DNA of 32,000 nt from Patescibacteria group bacterium (GTDB taxonomy: Bacteria > Patescibacteriota > Patescibacteriia > 2-01-FULL-39-33), in the NCBI GenBank assembly GCA_041662745.1, contig JBAZRV010000001.1:90001-122000 (forward strand). Direction: 5' to 3'. Shown here in pieces: positions 8,816 to 18,421 of this stretch (position 1 is its first letter; the number at the start of each line of letters is the position of its first letter). The notes under the pieces are model-generated. The model was not told where the DNA came from. It made no database searches and saw only the letters and a list, made by a program, of their open reading frames with translations. The translations under genes were made by a program, and so were the position numbers.

Positions 8816-8841
8816 AAAAAACTGTCGAAAAACTTCGACAG
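8816..8841 (-). terminator. rRNA transcription-unit terminator
   Basis: Minus strand CTGTCGAAGTTTTTCGACAG TTTTTT, about 25 nt past the 5S 3' end; a second related palindrome (CTGTCGAAAATTTTCGACAG) lies at 8749-8768. Confidence 0.75.
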
Positions 8842-8864
8842 CTTCATTGATTTAGCTACACAAT

Positions 8865-8969
8865 ACCCGCGGCTGCCTACTTTCCCCACAAGGAGTATCA
8901 TCGGCGCTGGAGGTCTTAACTGCTGAGTTCGGGATGGGATCAGGTGTATCACCCCCGCTAGAGCCACGG
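8865..8969 (-). rRNA. rrf: 5S rRNA
   Basis: Reverse complement ...CCGTGGC...GGGGGTGATACACCTGATCCCATCCCGAACTCAGCAGTTAAGACCTCCAGCGCCGATGATACTCC...GGGGAAAGTAGG..., canonical 5S loops. Confidence 0.93.
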
Positions 8970-9086
8970 AAATTCTATAGCTAAATCAGTAAAGAAATGT
9001 TATGAGCCGCGGCAATCAAGCCGCAAAACTCATGGGTGTGACAGCGAATTACATATCCCGACAAGCCGGCGAACCGGCAGCGGGGT

Positions 9087-9109
9087 GTTATCCATTCTTG
9101 CGATTAAAC
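9087..9109 (-). other. 3' arm of the 23S precursor processing stem
   Basis: gttatccattcttgcgattaaac; complementary in the RNA to 13557-13581 with one 2-nt bulge. Confidence 0.8.
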
Positions 9110-9376
9110 TAAACCATTAGTATCGCTCGGCTGAACGCATTACTGCGCTTACACCTGCGACCTATCAACCTCCTCGTCTCGAAGGGGTTTAATGAAATCT
9201 AATCTTGAAGACAGCTTCACGCTTAGATGCTTTCAGCGTTTATCTTAACCGAACGTAGCTACCCAGCGATGCCCTTGGCAGAACAGCTGGTACACTAGAG
9301 GTTCGTCACTTCCGGTCCTCTCGTACTAGGAAGTGGCCTTCTCAAATTTCTGCGCCCATGGTAGATAGGAGACCGA

Positions 9377-10120
9377 CAAATATGTTACTCTTTCGAAATC
9401 ATTATCGAAAGGCTCCAAATATTTCTATTGGAGTCTGCATATCGCTATGCAGTTCGGACTATATCTTATCGCTTACGGCGATTCTGACGTATAGTCTCTG
9501 AGGATTTCAAATAATCTAATAATTTATCCTGGCTTACCTTGCGGTAAGCGCCTTGCTTATTCATAGAATAAGCCAGTTTAATAATATATTGCGCACCAGT
9601 TTTGGTGCTATGCTTTCCAGTGCTTAACATTTTAACTACCTTCTTAAAGGTTAAAAATGTTTTTTGCTTATTAGAGAGCAAGGGATACTGATCAAAAAAA
9701 GGAATAATCTTGTTTTCCAAATCAAGCCTGTTTCTAACGACAAATACCTGAGTATCATCTTTGGTATTTTGGCGATGGTTACATTTGATATAACCGCAAC
9801 CGAAATACTTTTGGATTTCTTCTAGGGTTTCGTGTCTTAAAAAGCTTTGATTAATGTGGAATTCAGGAATGAATTTCAAATTGCATTTCATTTTATCATC
9901 ACGATAAATGGCAATATGGAATGTCCCCTCTCCTTCAGTAAACCCGGTAATATACCACGGACTTAGATGACTTGATCTTTCCTGCTGATTGTCTGCACTC
10001 AACACATTTTTACTCATAATACATTAATTATATCACGAGTAGTGTGAGATACCCAAGTCCCCCTATAGGGACTTTTCCAGAGTTTCCAGCATTTAGTCAG
10101 ATTTATAGACAGCAAAGTCT
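9377..10120 (-). mobile_element. Group I intron in 23S rRNA after E. coli-equivalent U2604 (peptidyl-transferase ring)
   Basis: Exon context GUGAGACAGU | ... | UCGGUCUCCUAUC; 5' side forms a P1-like GACAGU...CUGUC; 3' core has UCAGAGACUAUACG and AAGAUAUAGUCC (P7/P3-type sequences); last intron base G. Confidence 0.9.
9466..10017 (-). CDS. Intron-encoded LAGLIDADG homing endonuclease
   Basis: 183 aa; 'WYITGFTEGEGTFHIAIYRDDKMKCNLKFIPEFHINQS' is LAGLIDADG block 1; located inside the group I intron. Confidence 0.88.
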   Translation of the reverse strand: MSKNVLSADNQQERSSHLSPWYITGFTEGEGTFHIAIYRDDKMKCNLKFIPEFHINQSFLRHETLEEIQKYFGCGYIKCNHRQNTKDDTQVFVVRNRLDLENKIIPFFDQYPLLSNKQKTFLTFKKVVKMLSTGKHSTKTGAQYIIKLAYSMNKQGAYRKVSQDKLLDYLKSSETIRQNRRKR

Positions 10121-10164
<44 letters not shown>

Positions 10165-10198
10165 TGGCGAACAGCCAAACCCTTGGGAGCTTCTCCAC

Positions 10199-10231
<33 letters not shown>

Positions 10232-10771
10232 GAACCTGGTCGTCGATATGGACTCTTGGACCAGACTAGCCTGTTATCCCCGGAGTAGCTTTTATCCGAT
10301 GAGCTTCCACCATCCTACATTGAATGGTCGGATCACTAAATTCTACTTTCGTAACTGCTCGACTTGCAGGTCTCGCAGTAAAGCTGGCTTGTGCTTTTGC
10401 GCTATCACTCCGATTTCCATCCGGAGCTAGCCAACCTTTGTAAACGCCTCCGTTACATTTTGGGAGGCAACCGCCCCAGTTAAACTACCCACCATACACT
10501 GTCCCTCTCCCGGATTACGGGAGGAAGTTAGAATTATAATATAACAAGGGTGGTATTTCACTGGCGCCCGAAGGCTCCCACCTATTCTAAACATATTAGA
10601 TCACAATTCAGTGCAAAGTTGTAGTAAAGCTTCACGGGGTCTTTTCGTCTAACCACGGGTAGGAGGCATCTTCACCTCCCTTGCAATTTCGCTGAGTACT
10701 TCGCTGAGACAGTTGTCAAGTCGTTATGCCATTCGTGCGGGACGGAACTTACCCGTCAAGGAATTTCGCTT

Positions 10772-11461
10772 CAAGTTTCCTTTCTTGGGACTCTATCTTC
10801 ATCCCGATGGGATGCTTAGCGTTTGGTCTCTGAGGATTCTAAAAATCGAGCTGGTAATCGACGGTTCATTTGTTCAATGATCCCGGCGATTTGTATTTTT
10901 CCCTTCTCCTTAAGATGTTTTCCTTGCTTTATCAACTTTATTATCTTGATAAATTTTTTGAAATCATCCGCCTTGGCTGTTTGCAGCCGGCGAGCAGAGA
11001 AAAATGGGATTATGACTTCGGATAAATCACTGATTGATCTTACGCAATACCGATAAAGATTCTCTTGATGGTTATCTTTACGGCGGTTGATATAAATCTT
11101 GCCGCAGCGAAAAAATTTTTGTATTTTTTCTAGTGCTTTAAGACTTTTTTCTCCCTGCGTAATCACAAATTCAGGAAAAATCTGCCAGCCTGATTTGGTA
11201 GTGTGATTTTTGATGATACTGACTGAAAAACAGCCCTCACCATCAGTAAATCCGACTATCCAATGCTCGAATTTCAGCCTTTCCTGCTGATTGATCGACA
11301 TAAATTAAGTTATTTTCTATGGTATAATTTTACCATAGTTTTGTCGATTTTCCCAGCATATGGCTAAGTATTTTGGACCATTCTTATATTGCTATAAGAA
11401 GAGGCAGCGTTAATAGATAACGGTCCCAGTCCTTTTGCATCCGAATTATTTCCGATGCAAA
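10772..11461 (-). mobile_element. Group I intron in 23S rRNA after E. coli-equivalent U1931
   Basis: Exon CGGUCCUAAGGU | intron | (A)AGCGAAAUUCCUUGACGGG; conserved core UCAGAGACCAAACG and AAGAUAGAGUCC; the 3' boundary is uncertain by 1 nt (10771 or 10772). Confidence 0.9.
10816..11301 (-). CDS. Intron-encoded LAGLIDADG homing endonuclease
   Basis: 161 aa; 'HWIVGFTDGEGCFSVSIIKNHTTKSGWQIFPEFVITQ'; inside the L1931-type intron. Confidence 0.88.
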   Translation of the reverse strand: MSINQQERLKFEHWIVGFTDGEGCFSVSIIKNHTTKSGWQIFPEFVITQGEKSLKALEKIQKFFRCGKIYINRRKDNHQENLYRYCVRSISDLSEVIIPFFSARRLQTAKADDFKKFIKIIKLIKQGKHLKEKGKIQIAGIIEQMNRRLPARFLESSETKR

Positions 11462-12293
11462 ACCTTAGGACCGTTATAGTTACGGCCGGCGTTCATCTGC
11501 GCTTCGATTCAAAGCTGCCCCGGTAAACCGGTTGACCTCTCCTCTTAACGTTCAGACACTGGCCAGGCATCAGCCCCTATACATCAGCTTGCGCTTTAGC
11601 AGGGACCTAAGTTTTTGGTAAACAGTCGCTTGACATCTTTAGCTGCGCCCCAAATAAATTTGGGGAGGCCTTATCCCTAAGTTACGGCCGATTTTTTGCC
11701 GAGTTCCTTAGCGAAGTTTCTCTCATACACCTGAGGCTACTCGCCTCATCCACCTGTGTCGGTTTAAGTACGGTTGCCTTGATCTTAACCCTAGAAGTTT
11801 TTCATGGCACTCGGTTTAATATAATTGAGTCCGCCTTGCGGCTTCCTCTGCTGCCGTATTCGTTGCTTAATGACCGGCGGATTTGCCTGCCGATCACAAC
11901 TACTAACGTCATCGTCATAGCCATAGGACGATATATCTCCCCTGATGCGTCACTCCTTCGGAAAATCAAGCCAGCGCAGGAATATTAACCTGCTCATCCA
12001 TCGGCTACGCCTTTCGGCCTCGTCTTAGGACCGGCTAACCCTGGGTCGATTCTCGTTGCCCAGGAAACCTCGGATTTACGGTGTCTAGAATTTTCATCTA
12101 GATTCTTGCTACTTATGCCAACATTCTTACTTCCTAGCAGTCCACCGCGCCTCACAGCTACGGCTTCGTTCCGCTAAGAACACTCCTCTACCACTCTATA
12201 TAAATATAGAATTCGCAATTTCGGTACTATGTTTAGCCCCGATACATTTTCGGCGCAAGAAAACTTGACCAGTGAGCTATTACGCTATCTTTA

Positions 12294-12324
<31 letters not shown>

Positions 12325-13556
12325 TTGTCGCGGTCTTGATACCACCTTTTACACTTAACATAGATTTAGGGACCTTAATTGGCGATCTGGGCTGTTTCCC
12401 TTTTGACTGATGGACCTTAGCGCCCATAGTCTGACTTCCGAAATAAAGATTACCGGTATTCGGAGTTTGATTGAAGACAGTAACCTTGCGGACCTGTCCT
12501 CATTCAGTGCTCTACCCCCGGGTCTATTTTCGAAGCTAGCCCTGAAGCTATTTCGAGGAGAACCAGCTATCACGAAGTTCGATTGGAATTTCTCCGCTAT
12601 CCACAGCTCATCCCCAAGTGTTGTACAGCTTGTGGGTTCGGGCCTTCCCAGACTGTTACATCTGGTTCACCCTGGCCATGGATAGATCACCTCGTTTCGG
12701 GTCTTATCCGCGCTACAATTGTTCGGACTATTAATCCTCGCTTTCACTGTGCCTTCTCCCCGAAGGGATTAAGCAAGCAACGCAGAATAAACTCGTTGGC
12801 TCATTCTTCAATAGGAACGCCGTCATCCAGAATTCGTATTGCTACGACCTTGGACTCCGACTCGTTTGTAAGCAAATGGTTTCAGATACTATTTCATCGC
12901 CCTAACCGGGCTGCTTTTCACCTTTCCCTCACGGTACTTGTTCGCTATCGATCATCAAAAGTATTTAGCCTTGCCATATAGTCATGGCGGATTCCTACAA
13001 GATTTCACGAGTCCTGTAGTACTTTAGATTATAACGACGGAAGTACGATTCTTTTCGCGTACGGGGCTTTCACCCGCTCTGGCCGGCTGTTCCAAAACCG
13101 TTCCGCTAAAAATTTTATTCCGCTCGGATACAAGTGCAATCCGCTGGTTATAATCATCACCCCAAAGCAGCAACGGGCACTCCTTTATGCCGACGCTACG
13201 CTTTCCCCTTGCGGGAAAAGTTTCACACCGGCAACACTGCTAAGGTTTAGGCTGCTCCGCTTTCGCTCGCCACTACTCGCGGAATGCAATCCATAGATCC
13301 GTGTCCTGCTTACGCAGAAAACGGAACTAAGGATTCAATTTTTTCTTTTCCTCCAGCTACTGAGATGTTTCACTTCGCTGGGTTTGCGTTTGTAACCTAT
13401 GAATTCAGTTACAAATGACGCGGGTTTGCCGCGCCGGGTTTCCCCATTCGGATATCTCCGGATCAAAGGTTGCTTGCCACCTCCCCGAAGCTTTTCGCAG
13501 GCTGCTACGTCCTTCATCGCCTTTTGATGTCTAGGCATCCACCATTCGCCCTTAAT

Positions 13557-13581
13557 GTTTAATCGCAAGAATCTGGATAAC
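13557..13581 (-). other. 5' arm of the 23S precursor processing stem
   Basis: gtttaatcgcaagaatctggataac, inverted copy of 9087-9109 (23 bp of pairing with a 2-nt bulge). Confidence 0.8.
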
Positions 13582-13924
13582 TTATAAAAAAGAAAATTGC
13601 CTTATTCTGTCATTCCCGAAAATTTGCAGTGAGTTTTCGACTAATGTCGAAACGAACCAAAATTTATCGGGAATCCAGCATTAAGAATTTCCTCTTGTAA
13701 GAGTTTTTCCTTATTCTGTATTTTATTACTAAAATACTAAAAGTATGTACTCATTAATAATTGCAATTCGCTGCCACGCCCATAAATTTGGCGCGGCATT
13801 AAATTACCCATTTCTTTACTATGCACTATTCAGTTGTCAATGTTCCCAGGTTCAGGATATTTGACATTAACTTCCGCAATTTGAGCGATAAATTTCTTTA
13901 TCAGTCGGATCCGAAAGCTAACAA

Positions 13925-13950
13925 AAAAACCGCTTTCTCCAAGCGGTTCG
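13925..13950 (-). terminator. Rho-independent terminator-like hairpin in the 23S leader region
   Basis: Minus strand AACCGCTTGGAGAAAGCGGTTTTTTTGT, located between the promoter and 23S. Confidence 0.75.
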
Positions 13951-13966
13951 GGCGGACACTAAAAAG

Positions 13967-14014
13967 TTAGTCCGTCAGACTTGGAGAAGAATTATTAGTG
14001 ATGTTTAACCTCAT
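13967..14014 (-). other. Possible 15-aa leader ORF (MRLNITNNSSPSLTD)
   Basis: ATG preceded by GGAAAGGAAC; ends just before the terminator hairpin. Confidence 0.3.
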
Positions 14015-14136
14015 ATGGTTGTTCCTTTCCAATATGCCCTCCGGCATTTATGGGTTAAAGAGACAAACTTAGCTGAATTTTGGCTCTGCAAAGCCAAGCT
14101 TTGATTTATTCAACAGTATTAGTCAGATGTCTACAA

Positions 14137-14165
14137 TTATATGTTATTTTTTATACAATGTCAAG
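14137..14165 (-). promoter_or_regulatory. Consensus sigma70-type promoter reading toward the 23S-5S unit
   Basis: Minus strand TTGACA-TTGTATAAAAAATAACA-TATAAT, exact consensus hexamers with 17-nt spacing. Confidence 0.85.
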
Positions 14166-14376
14166 AGATAAATTAAAAAACAAAATAATACAAGAAGGGC
14201 CAACCGCACCGCGGTATAAAATTAACGAAGATTTTATCTAAATTTAAACAAATTTTATCTATTTTTCAACTGTGACCTGGGGAATAATAATCAAAATCAA
14301 CCGCTAACCTCTAAACCCCATTATTTCTCAATTTATTAAATAATTATTGACTTTTCCCCAGCTTCTCCACTAACTA

Positions 14377-14405
14377 TTGACTTTTTATTTAAGAAATGCT
14401 AATAT
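14377..14405 (+). promoter_or_regulatory. Putative promoter for the AAA+ ATPase/membrane-protein cluster
   Basis: TTGACT-17 nt-TAATAT, about 150 nt upstream of ATG 14557. Confidence 0.55.
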
Positions 14406-14556
14406 TATATGATTTAGTACGTTGAAAATTTAAGATTCCATGGAATATGGGCAAGTCAAAACAGCCATAAAAAGGCAAGTCCAAAGGCAAATGTCAAAAA
14501 ATCGCAAATAACGGCAATAAAAACAAAAAAACAACCCCAACAGGAAAGGACGAACA

Positions 14557-15414
14557 ATGAATACTCTGCTCAGCCTTTGTCTCTGGCACTCTTTGTACAT
14601 CGGCATATTGGCCGCCGCACTATCGCTTTTTACTATCTCAATCATTCCGACTATAATCTTGGTCAATGGCATCAAACAACGCCGTAATAGCCGCTACAAT
14701 TTCAAAATTACCTGGTTTCCGCCTCAGTGGTTAATGAGCTGTTTTTATATGTTGGATTATGTGATGGATGTTATCTATCATAAAATCAAAAAACTGCCTG
14801 TACCGCCCTGGCAAGAATACAGGAATTCAAAATATACCATTGACTTTTTTATTGAAAAAACGGTTGGGGAGGATGGGATTATTGGCGGATTGATTTCTAC
14901 ACTTTTCGGCAGTTTAGTGCTTGCAATAATTAATGGCGCGGTTGTCTGCCTGATTTTGGGATTGGCCAGCCTGTTGCTTTTCCTGTGGTGGCTAACATTG
15001 CCGATCATCATTATCTGTCTCGCCTTCCTATTCCTTTATCGCAAGTATCGCGAGTACCAGTCGGCCCTGGAGAGGCAACGGAAAGACAATGGGGATTTGC
15101 GAGCAATCATTGAGGAATTCAGAAAGGGTTATGACGACATAAAAGTGTGGTTGCAACAAAGCAACCCGGCCGATCAAGAAATTCATGAGCAACCTGAGGC
15201 GGTGAAAAGCGACCCGGCTGACCGGACTGCTGCCGGCGCCGAAGATGCTACCGCTCTTGCCGGTGACACCGCGAAACAGCCTGCCACGGAACAGGCCGTT
15301 GACAAATCGGAAAAAAAACCGACGGACGGCCCGAAGACGGACGGTCCGAAGAAGACGCGAAAGCCACGACGGAAAACTTCCCAAAAGCCGGATGACGCCG
15401 GCTCCGATACCTAA
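14557..15414 (+). CDS. Membrane protein with several N-terminal TM segments and a charged, Pro/Lys-rich cytoplasmic-type tail; unknown function
   Basis: 285 aa; SD aggaaaggacg; hydrophobic blocks at the N-terminus and centre; tail TEQAVDKSEKKPTDGPKTDGPKKTRKPRRKTSQKPDD. Confidence 0.75.
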   Translation: MNTLLSLCLWHSLYIGILAAALSLFTISIIPTIILVNGIKQRRNSRYNFKITWFPPQWLMSCFYMLDYVMDVIYHKIKKLPVPPWQEYRNSKYTIDFFIEKTVGEDGIIGGLISTLFGSLVLAIINGAVVCLILGLASLLLFLWWLTLPIIIICLAFLFLYRKYREYQSALERQRKDNGDLRAIIEEFRKGYDDIKVWLQQSNPADQEIHEQPEAVKSDPADRTAAGAEDATALAGDTAKQPATEQAVDKSEKKPTDGPKTDGPKKTRKPRRKTSQKPDDAGSDT

Positions 15415-15434
15415 ACAATCAGCACCTTACGCCG

Positions 15435-15460
15435 ACCAGCTTGACTGGTCGGTTTTATTA
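15435..15460 (+). terminator. Rho-independent terminator
   Basis: ccgaccag cttga ctggtcgg ttttat. Confidence 0.7.
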
Positions 15461-15576
15461 TGCCCAAAATCGCTAAAAGGATAGAAAATAATCACAAAAA
15501 TTACCTAAATTTAGATAAAAAATTTATAAATAATTACTTTAATCCGAGGCTACTTCTATTATTTATGACAAATTAG

Positions 15577-15605
15577 TTGACAAATATTATTTTTTTTGCT
15601 AAGAT
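15577..15605 (+). promoter_or_regulatory. Putative internal promoter of the cluster
   Basis: TTGACA-17 nt-TAAGAT; overlaps the start of the track ORF 15577, showing that the ORF's N-terminus is artefactual. Confidence 0.6.
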
Positions 15606-15792
15606 AAGCAATCGCTTTAGGCCGATAATTCGGCGTAAAGGTGCGGACTTTGACAACTTAATAGCTTTAAAAATAAGGAGGAAAAGTGAATTAGGTAACA
15701 CCAAGATACGCGATGTATTATTGGCGATTAAACCCTTAAAAACATCAAAGTTGCGCCGCTTAGCGGGTCAGCGACAACAAGGAGCTGTGATC

Positions 15793-17103
15793 ATGGCGAC
15801 GGAACAAACGGACAGTGGCAACTTTTTGAACAGCATGTTGCAGAATCTTGATACTGCCAGCCAAAAATTGGAACAAAGACCGGCAGCGACCAATTTGGGC
15901 TTTGACATCAACGCCTTACTTGGCGATATGCGGCAAGGCCTGGAAACAGCCGTCAAAGACAAGAGACCGATTTTCTCCCTGGACATCAAAAGCCGTTTAC
16001 AGACGGCCGACTGGGAGCAAGTCCGTGTCAACTTAGTCAAAGAAAAGATGGATTTGGCCGGCATGATGGCCAATCTCAATATCGTACTGGAAGGGCTGGG
16101 GGCCGAGGTGATTCAACTCAAAGAGATGACACCCAAAGAAAAGGTCTCCCTGGAACAGGCCGGCGAAAGAATCAAAGAAGCCGAGCTTGCTTTGGCCAAG
16201 GCGGAAACAAAACGCTTGTTCCGCAAGAGCGCCACTCTCAAGGCTCAGGCCGGCTTAGCGTCCGCCAAACAACTGGAAGTGGCGACTAAGGAACGCATTA
16301 ACAGAGCGATGCGTGATCGGATTAATAATGCAACGATTGAAGATAGCCTGACAGCCTACAAACTGGCTTGCGACCGGCTCTTAAAAGCCATGCAGGCGCG
16401 CGCTCAATCTCAGAAAAAGCAATTGGAGCAAGACAAGTCGCAGAAACGGCTGGCGTTTGAAACGCACGCGCAAGCGACCGAGGCCTGCGAAAAGATTGAA
16501 CAACAAATCAATGCGCTCAAGGGCGAGTTGGCCGAAGCCGAGCAAACCCTAATAACGATGGACAAGTCCGATAAGGGCTTTGCCAAACAGGACCAAAAAA
16601 CTTCCGATTTGAAACAAACATTGAATGCCTTGCAGGGCAAGTACAACATTTGCATGGCAATCGCTCAGGAAGCGCAGAACTTTGCGCATCAATTGGATCT
16701 TCATGTCCAGACGATTAATGACCTTTTGACCATCAACCTCACCTGGCAAGCCATGATCACTAAGCAGGTGGAATACCGCCAAACAACGGTGCGTTCCTGG
16801 CTGGAAGCCACCAAGTCCCATCAGGATTTGGCGTCGGCCGAAGAATTGAACCGAGCCGGTCGCGGAGTTGATGCCAGGAGCATGGCCAGTATGGCGGAAA
16901 TCAGAGCCGCAGCGCAGAAAGCGCTAGTCAAAGCGCTTCAAGAGATTCCGGAGTGGCTCAGGCTCTACCATGAAATCATGGCGGCTTCCAACCAACAAGA
17001 CCGGCAATTTCGCGGTGACGTAGAGGAGCAAATCAAGCTGTTTCAAAAAAATTACGGTTTTGATCTGAAAAAAGAGTCATTCTTCGGAGATAATGAGAAA
17101 TAA
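15793..17103 (+). CDS. Coiled-coil-rich cytoplasmic protein, unknown function
   Basis: MATEQTDSGNFLNSMLQNLDTASQKLEQRP... about 436 aa, Ala/Glu/Gln/Lys-rich long helices; ATG 15793 preceded by the SD AAGGAG. Confidence 0.75.
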   Translation: MATEQTDSGNFLNSMLQNLDTASQKLEQRPAATNLGFDINALLGDMRQGLETAVKDKRPIFSLDIKSRLQTADWEQVRVNLVKEKMDLAGMMANLNIVLEGLGAEVIQLKEMTPKEKVSLEQAGERIKEAELALAKAETKRLFRKSATLKAQAGLASAKQLEVATKERINRAMRDRINNATIEDSLTAYKLACDRLLKAMQARAQSQKKQLEQDKSQKRLAFETHAQATEACEKIEQQINALKGELAEAEQTLITMDKSDKGFAKQDQKTSDLKQTLNALQGKYNICMAIAQEAQNFAHQLDLHVQTINDLLTINLTWQAMITKQVEYRQTTVRSWLEATKSHQDLASAEELNRAGRGVDARSMASMAEIRAAAQKALVKALQEIPEWLRLYHEIMAASNQQDRQFRGDVEEQIKLFQKNYGFDLKKESFFGDNEK

Positions 17104-17116
17104 ATAACACACGCAA

Positions 17117-17152
17117 CGGAGGAGATCCTTAATCTTGGATCTCCTCCTTTTT
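17117..17152 (+). terminator. Strong terminator-like hairpin between two genes of the cluster
   Basis: ggaggagatcc ttaatctt ggatctcctcc tttttctttc, 11-bp perfect stem. Confidence 0.75.
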
Positions 17153-17188
17153 CTTTCACTACGGCTAATCGCCATGAAAGGAGTTGTT

Positions 17189-18421
17189 ATGGGAGGACTA
17201 TCATTTTTTGGCCAGGGATTAAGCACGGTTGACATTACCCCCTCTGACTTAAGACGATCTGCTGACGAGCTTAACAGATTAGTCGGTGAGGATTTTACCA
17301 ACGGCGGCAGCATGGATTTTGCTTTGCTGGAGGATACCGACGAATACGTCAAATATTTCGCTCAGCAACTCCGGGTAATAAAAATCCTGCTGTCCTGGTG
17401 CCATAAAATCGGCAACGATGCCGGCAACCAAACCGGCATCATTATTGATTTTCTAAAACGTTTTTCTTACACCCTGGAATGCCTGCGGATGAAATACGTC
17501 CACAATAACCAGCATCGCCTGCGGGTGGACTTGACCGAATCCGGCTTCCCCAATTTTATTGAGCCGGATAATTTGAGAATTGATCTTCTGCAACGCGACG
17601 AACGATTGGCCAGTTTGCCCGGATCGGATCGCCTGAAAAAGTCAGCGCTGGAATATATGTTCAGCCATCTGGCCGAAGCCGAGGATATTTTGGCGATTTT
17701 GGGCGAACGATCTTATTTTTCCATGCTGACGGAAGACAAGTTGTTCCTGCCGTTTACGGCCGGAGAACTGGCAATCTTGAAGTCAGACAACCCTAAAGCG
17801 CGTTATTACAGTTTCGCTTGGGCTTGTTTTGACTTTGCCACTAACCGTCCCTATTTATATCTGATGCATTTTGCATACGATAATGATTGCGAACCGCTGG
17901 AAGAACGCGGCCAGAACTGGAAAGAATTCCGGCACATCATCACCAATGTCGGCTCGCGGGCTCCCCAGCTCGGCATCCTGGCTTTGGACATTGATGATCG
18001 CTTGGCTAACGTTCATCCTAAGGCCGTCAGGCGCATCAGTTTGGGCCCGCTATATTCCAAGTTCCTTTGCAATAACCCGTCAGCAACCGCTGACAAGTGG
18101 CAGGAGGCTTGGTGTCGGATTATGACGGAATTCAGTCGGAAGGAAGACGATTTTGTCTTGTTGCTGACCGAAGAAGAAGTCATTTCCGAACGGCAAGAAG
18201 TTTATGGCCGACCCCTGCGTCGCAAAGTCCGGGAGATCTTTAAAATCAATGAACTCTCTATGGAATGTCTGAACCGGCAAGTTTCCGCAGTCAAGCATTA
18301 TTGCGTTTTGCCTCATTGTTTGTTGCAACAGGCCGTCAATGATCCCCAGCTTTGCGAGTTGGGCTTTGCCGGTTTTAAATGCGTAACCTTCAACGGGGAG
18401 GATTCAATTAATGGGAGATAA
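17189..18421 (+). CDS. Conserved-type hypothetical protein starting MGGLSFFGQGLSTVDITPSDLRRSADELNRLVG
   Basis: ATG 17189 preceded by SD aaaggag; about 410 aa soluble protein; no recognised domain. Confidence 0.75.
   Translation: MGGLSFFGQGLSTVDITPSDLRRSADELNRLVGEDFTNGGSMDFALLEDTDEYVKYFAQQLRVIKILLSWCHKIGNDAGNQTGIIIDFLKRFSYTLECLRMKYVHNNQHRLRVDLTESGFPNFIEPDNLRIDLLQRDERLASLPGSDRLKKSALEYMFSHLAEAEDILAILGERSYFSMLTEDKLFLPFTAGELAILKSDNPKARYYSFAWACFDFATNRPYLYLMHFAYDNDCEPLEERGQNWKEFRHIITNVGSRAPQLGILALDIDDRLANVHPKAVRRISLGPLYSKFLCNNPSATADKWQEAWCRIMTEFSRKEDDFVLLLTEEEVISERQEVYGRPLRRKVREIFKINELSMECLNRQVSAVKHYCVLPHCLLQQAVNDPQLCELGFAGFKCVTFNGEDSINGR

Noticed and set aside
10823-11056. Plus-strand ORF opposite the second LAGLIDADG gene
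   Set aside because: Antisense shadow of a supported coding region with no motif or SD.
13582-14130. 16S rRNA or spacer tRNAs upstream of 23S
   Set aside because: No conserved 16S segments or tRNA cloverleaf seen; the region contains a promoter, a leader and AT-rich sequence.
14430-14675. Minus-strand ORF at 14430..14675
   Set aside because: Overlaps the promoter/leader and start of the supported plus-strand gene 14557, with no recognisable protein motif.
15793-17103. Assignment of the coiled-coil protein as a TelA-like toxic-anion-resistance protein
   Set aside because: General helical composition is reminiscent, but I found no clear signature motif, so it is left as unknown; HHpred would decide.
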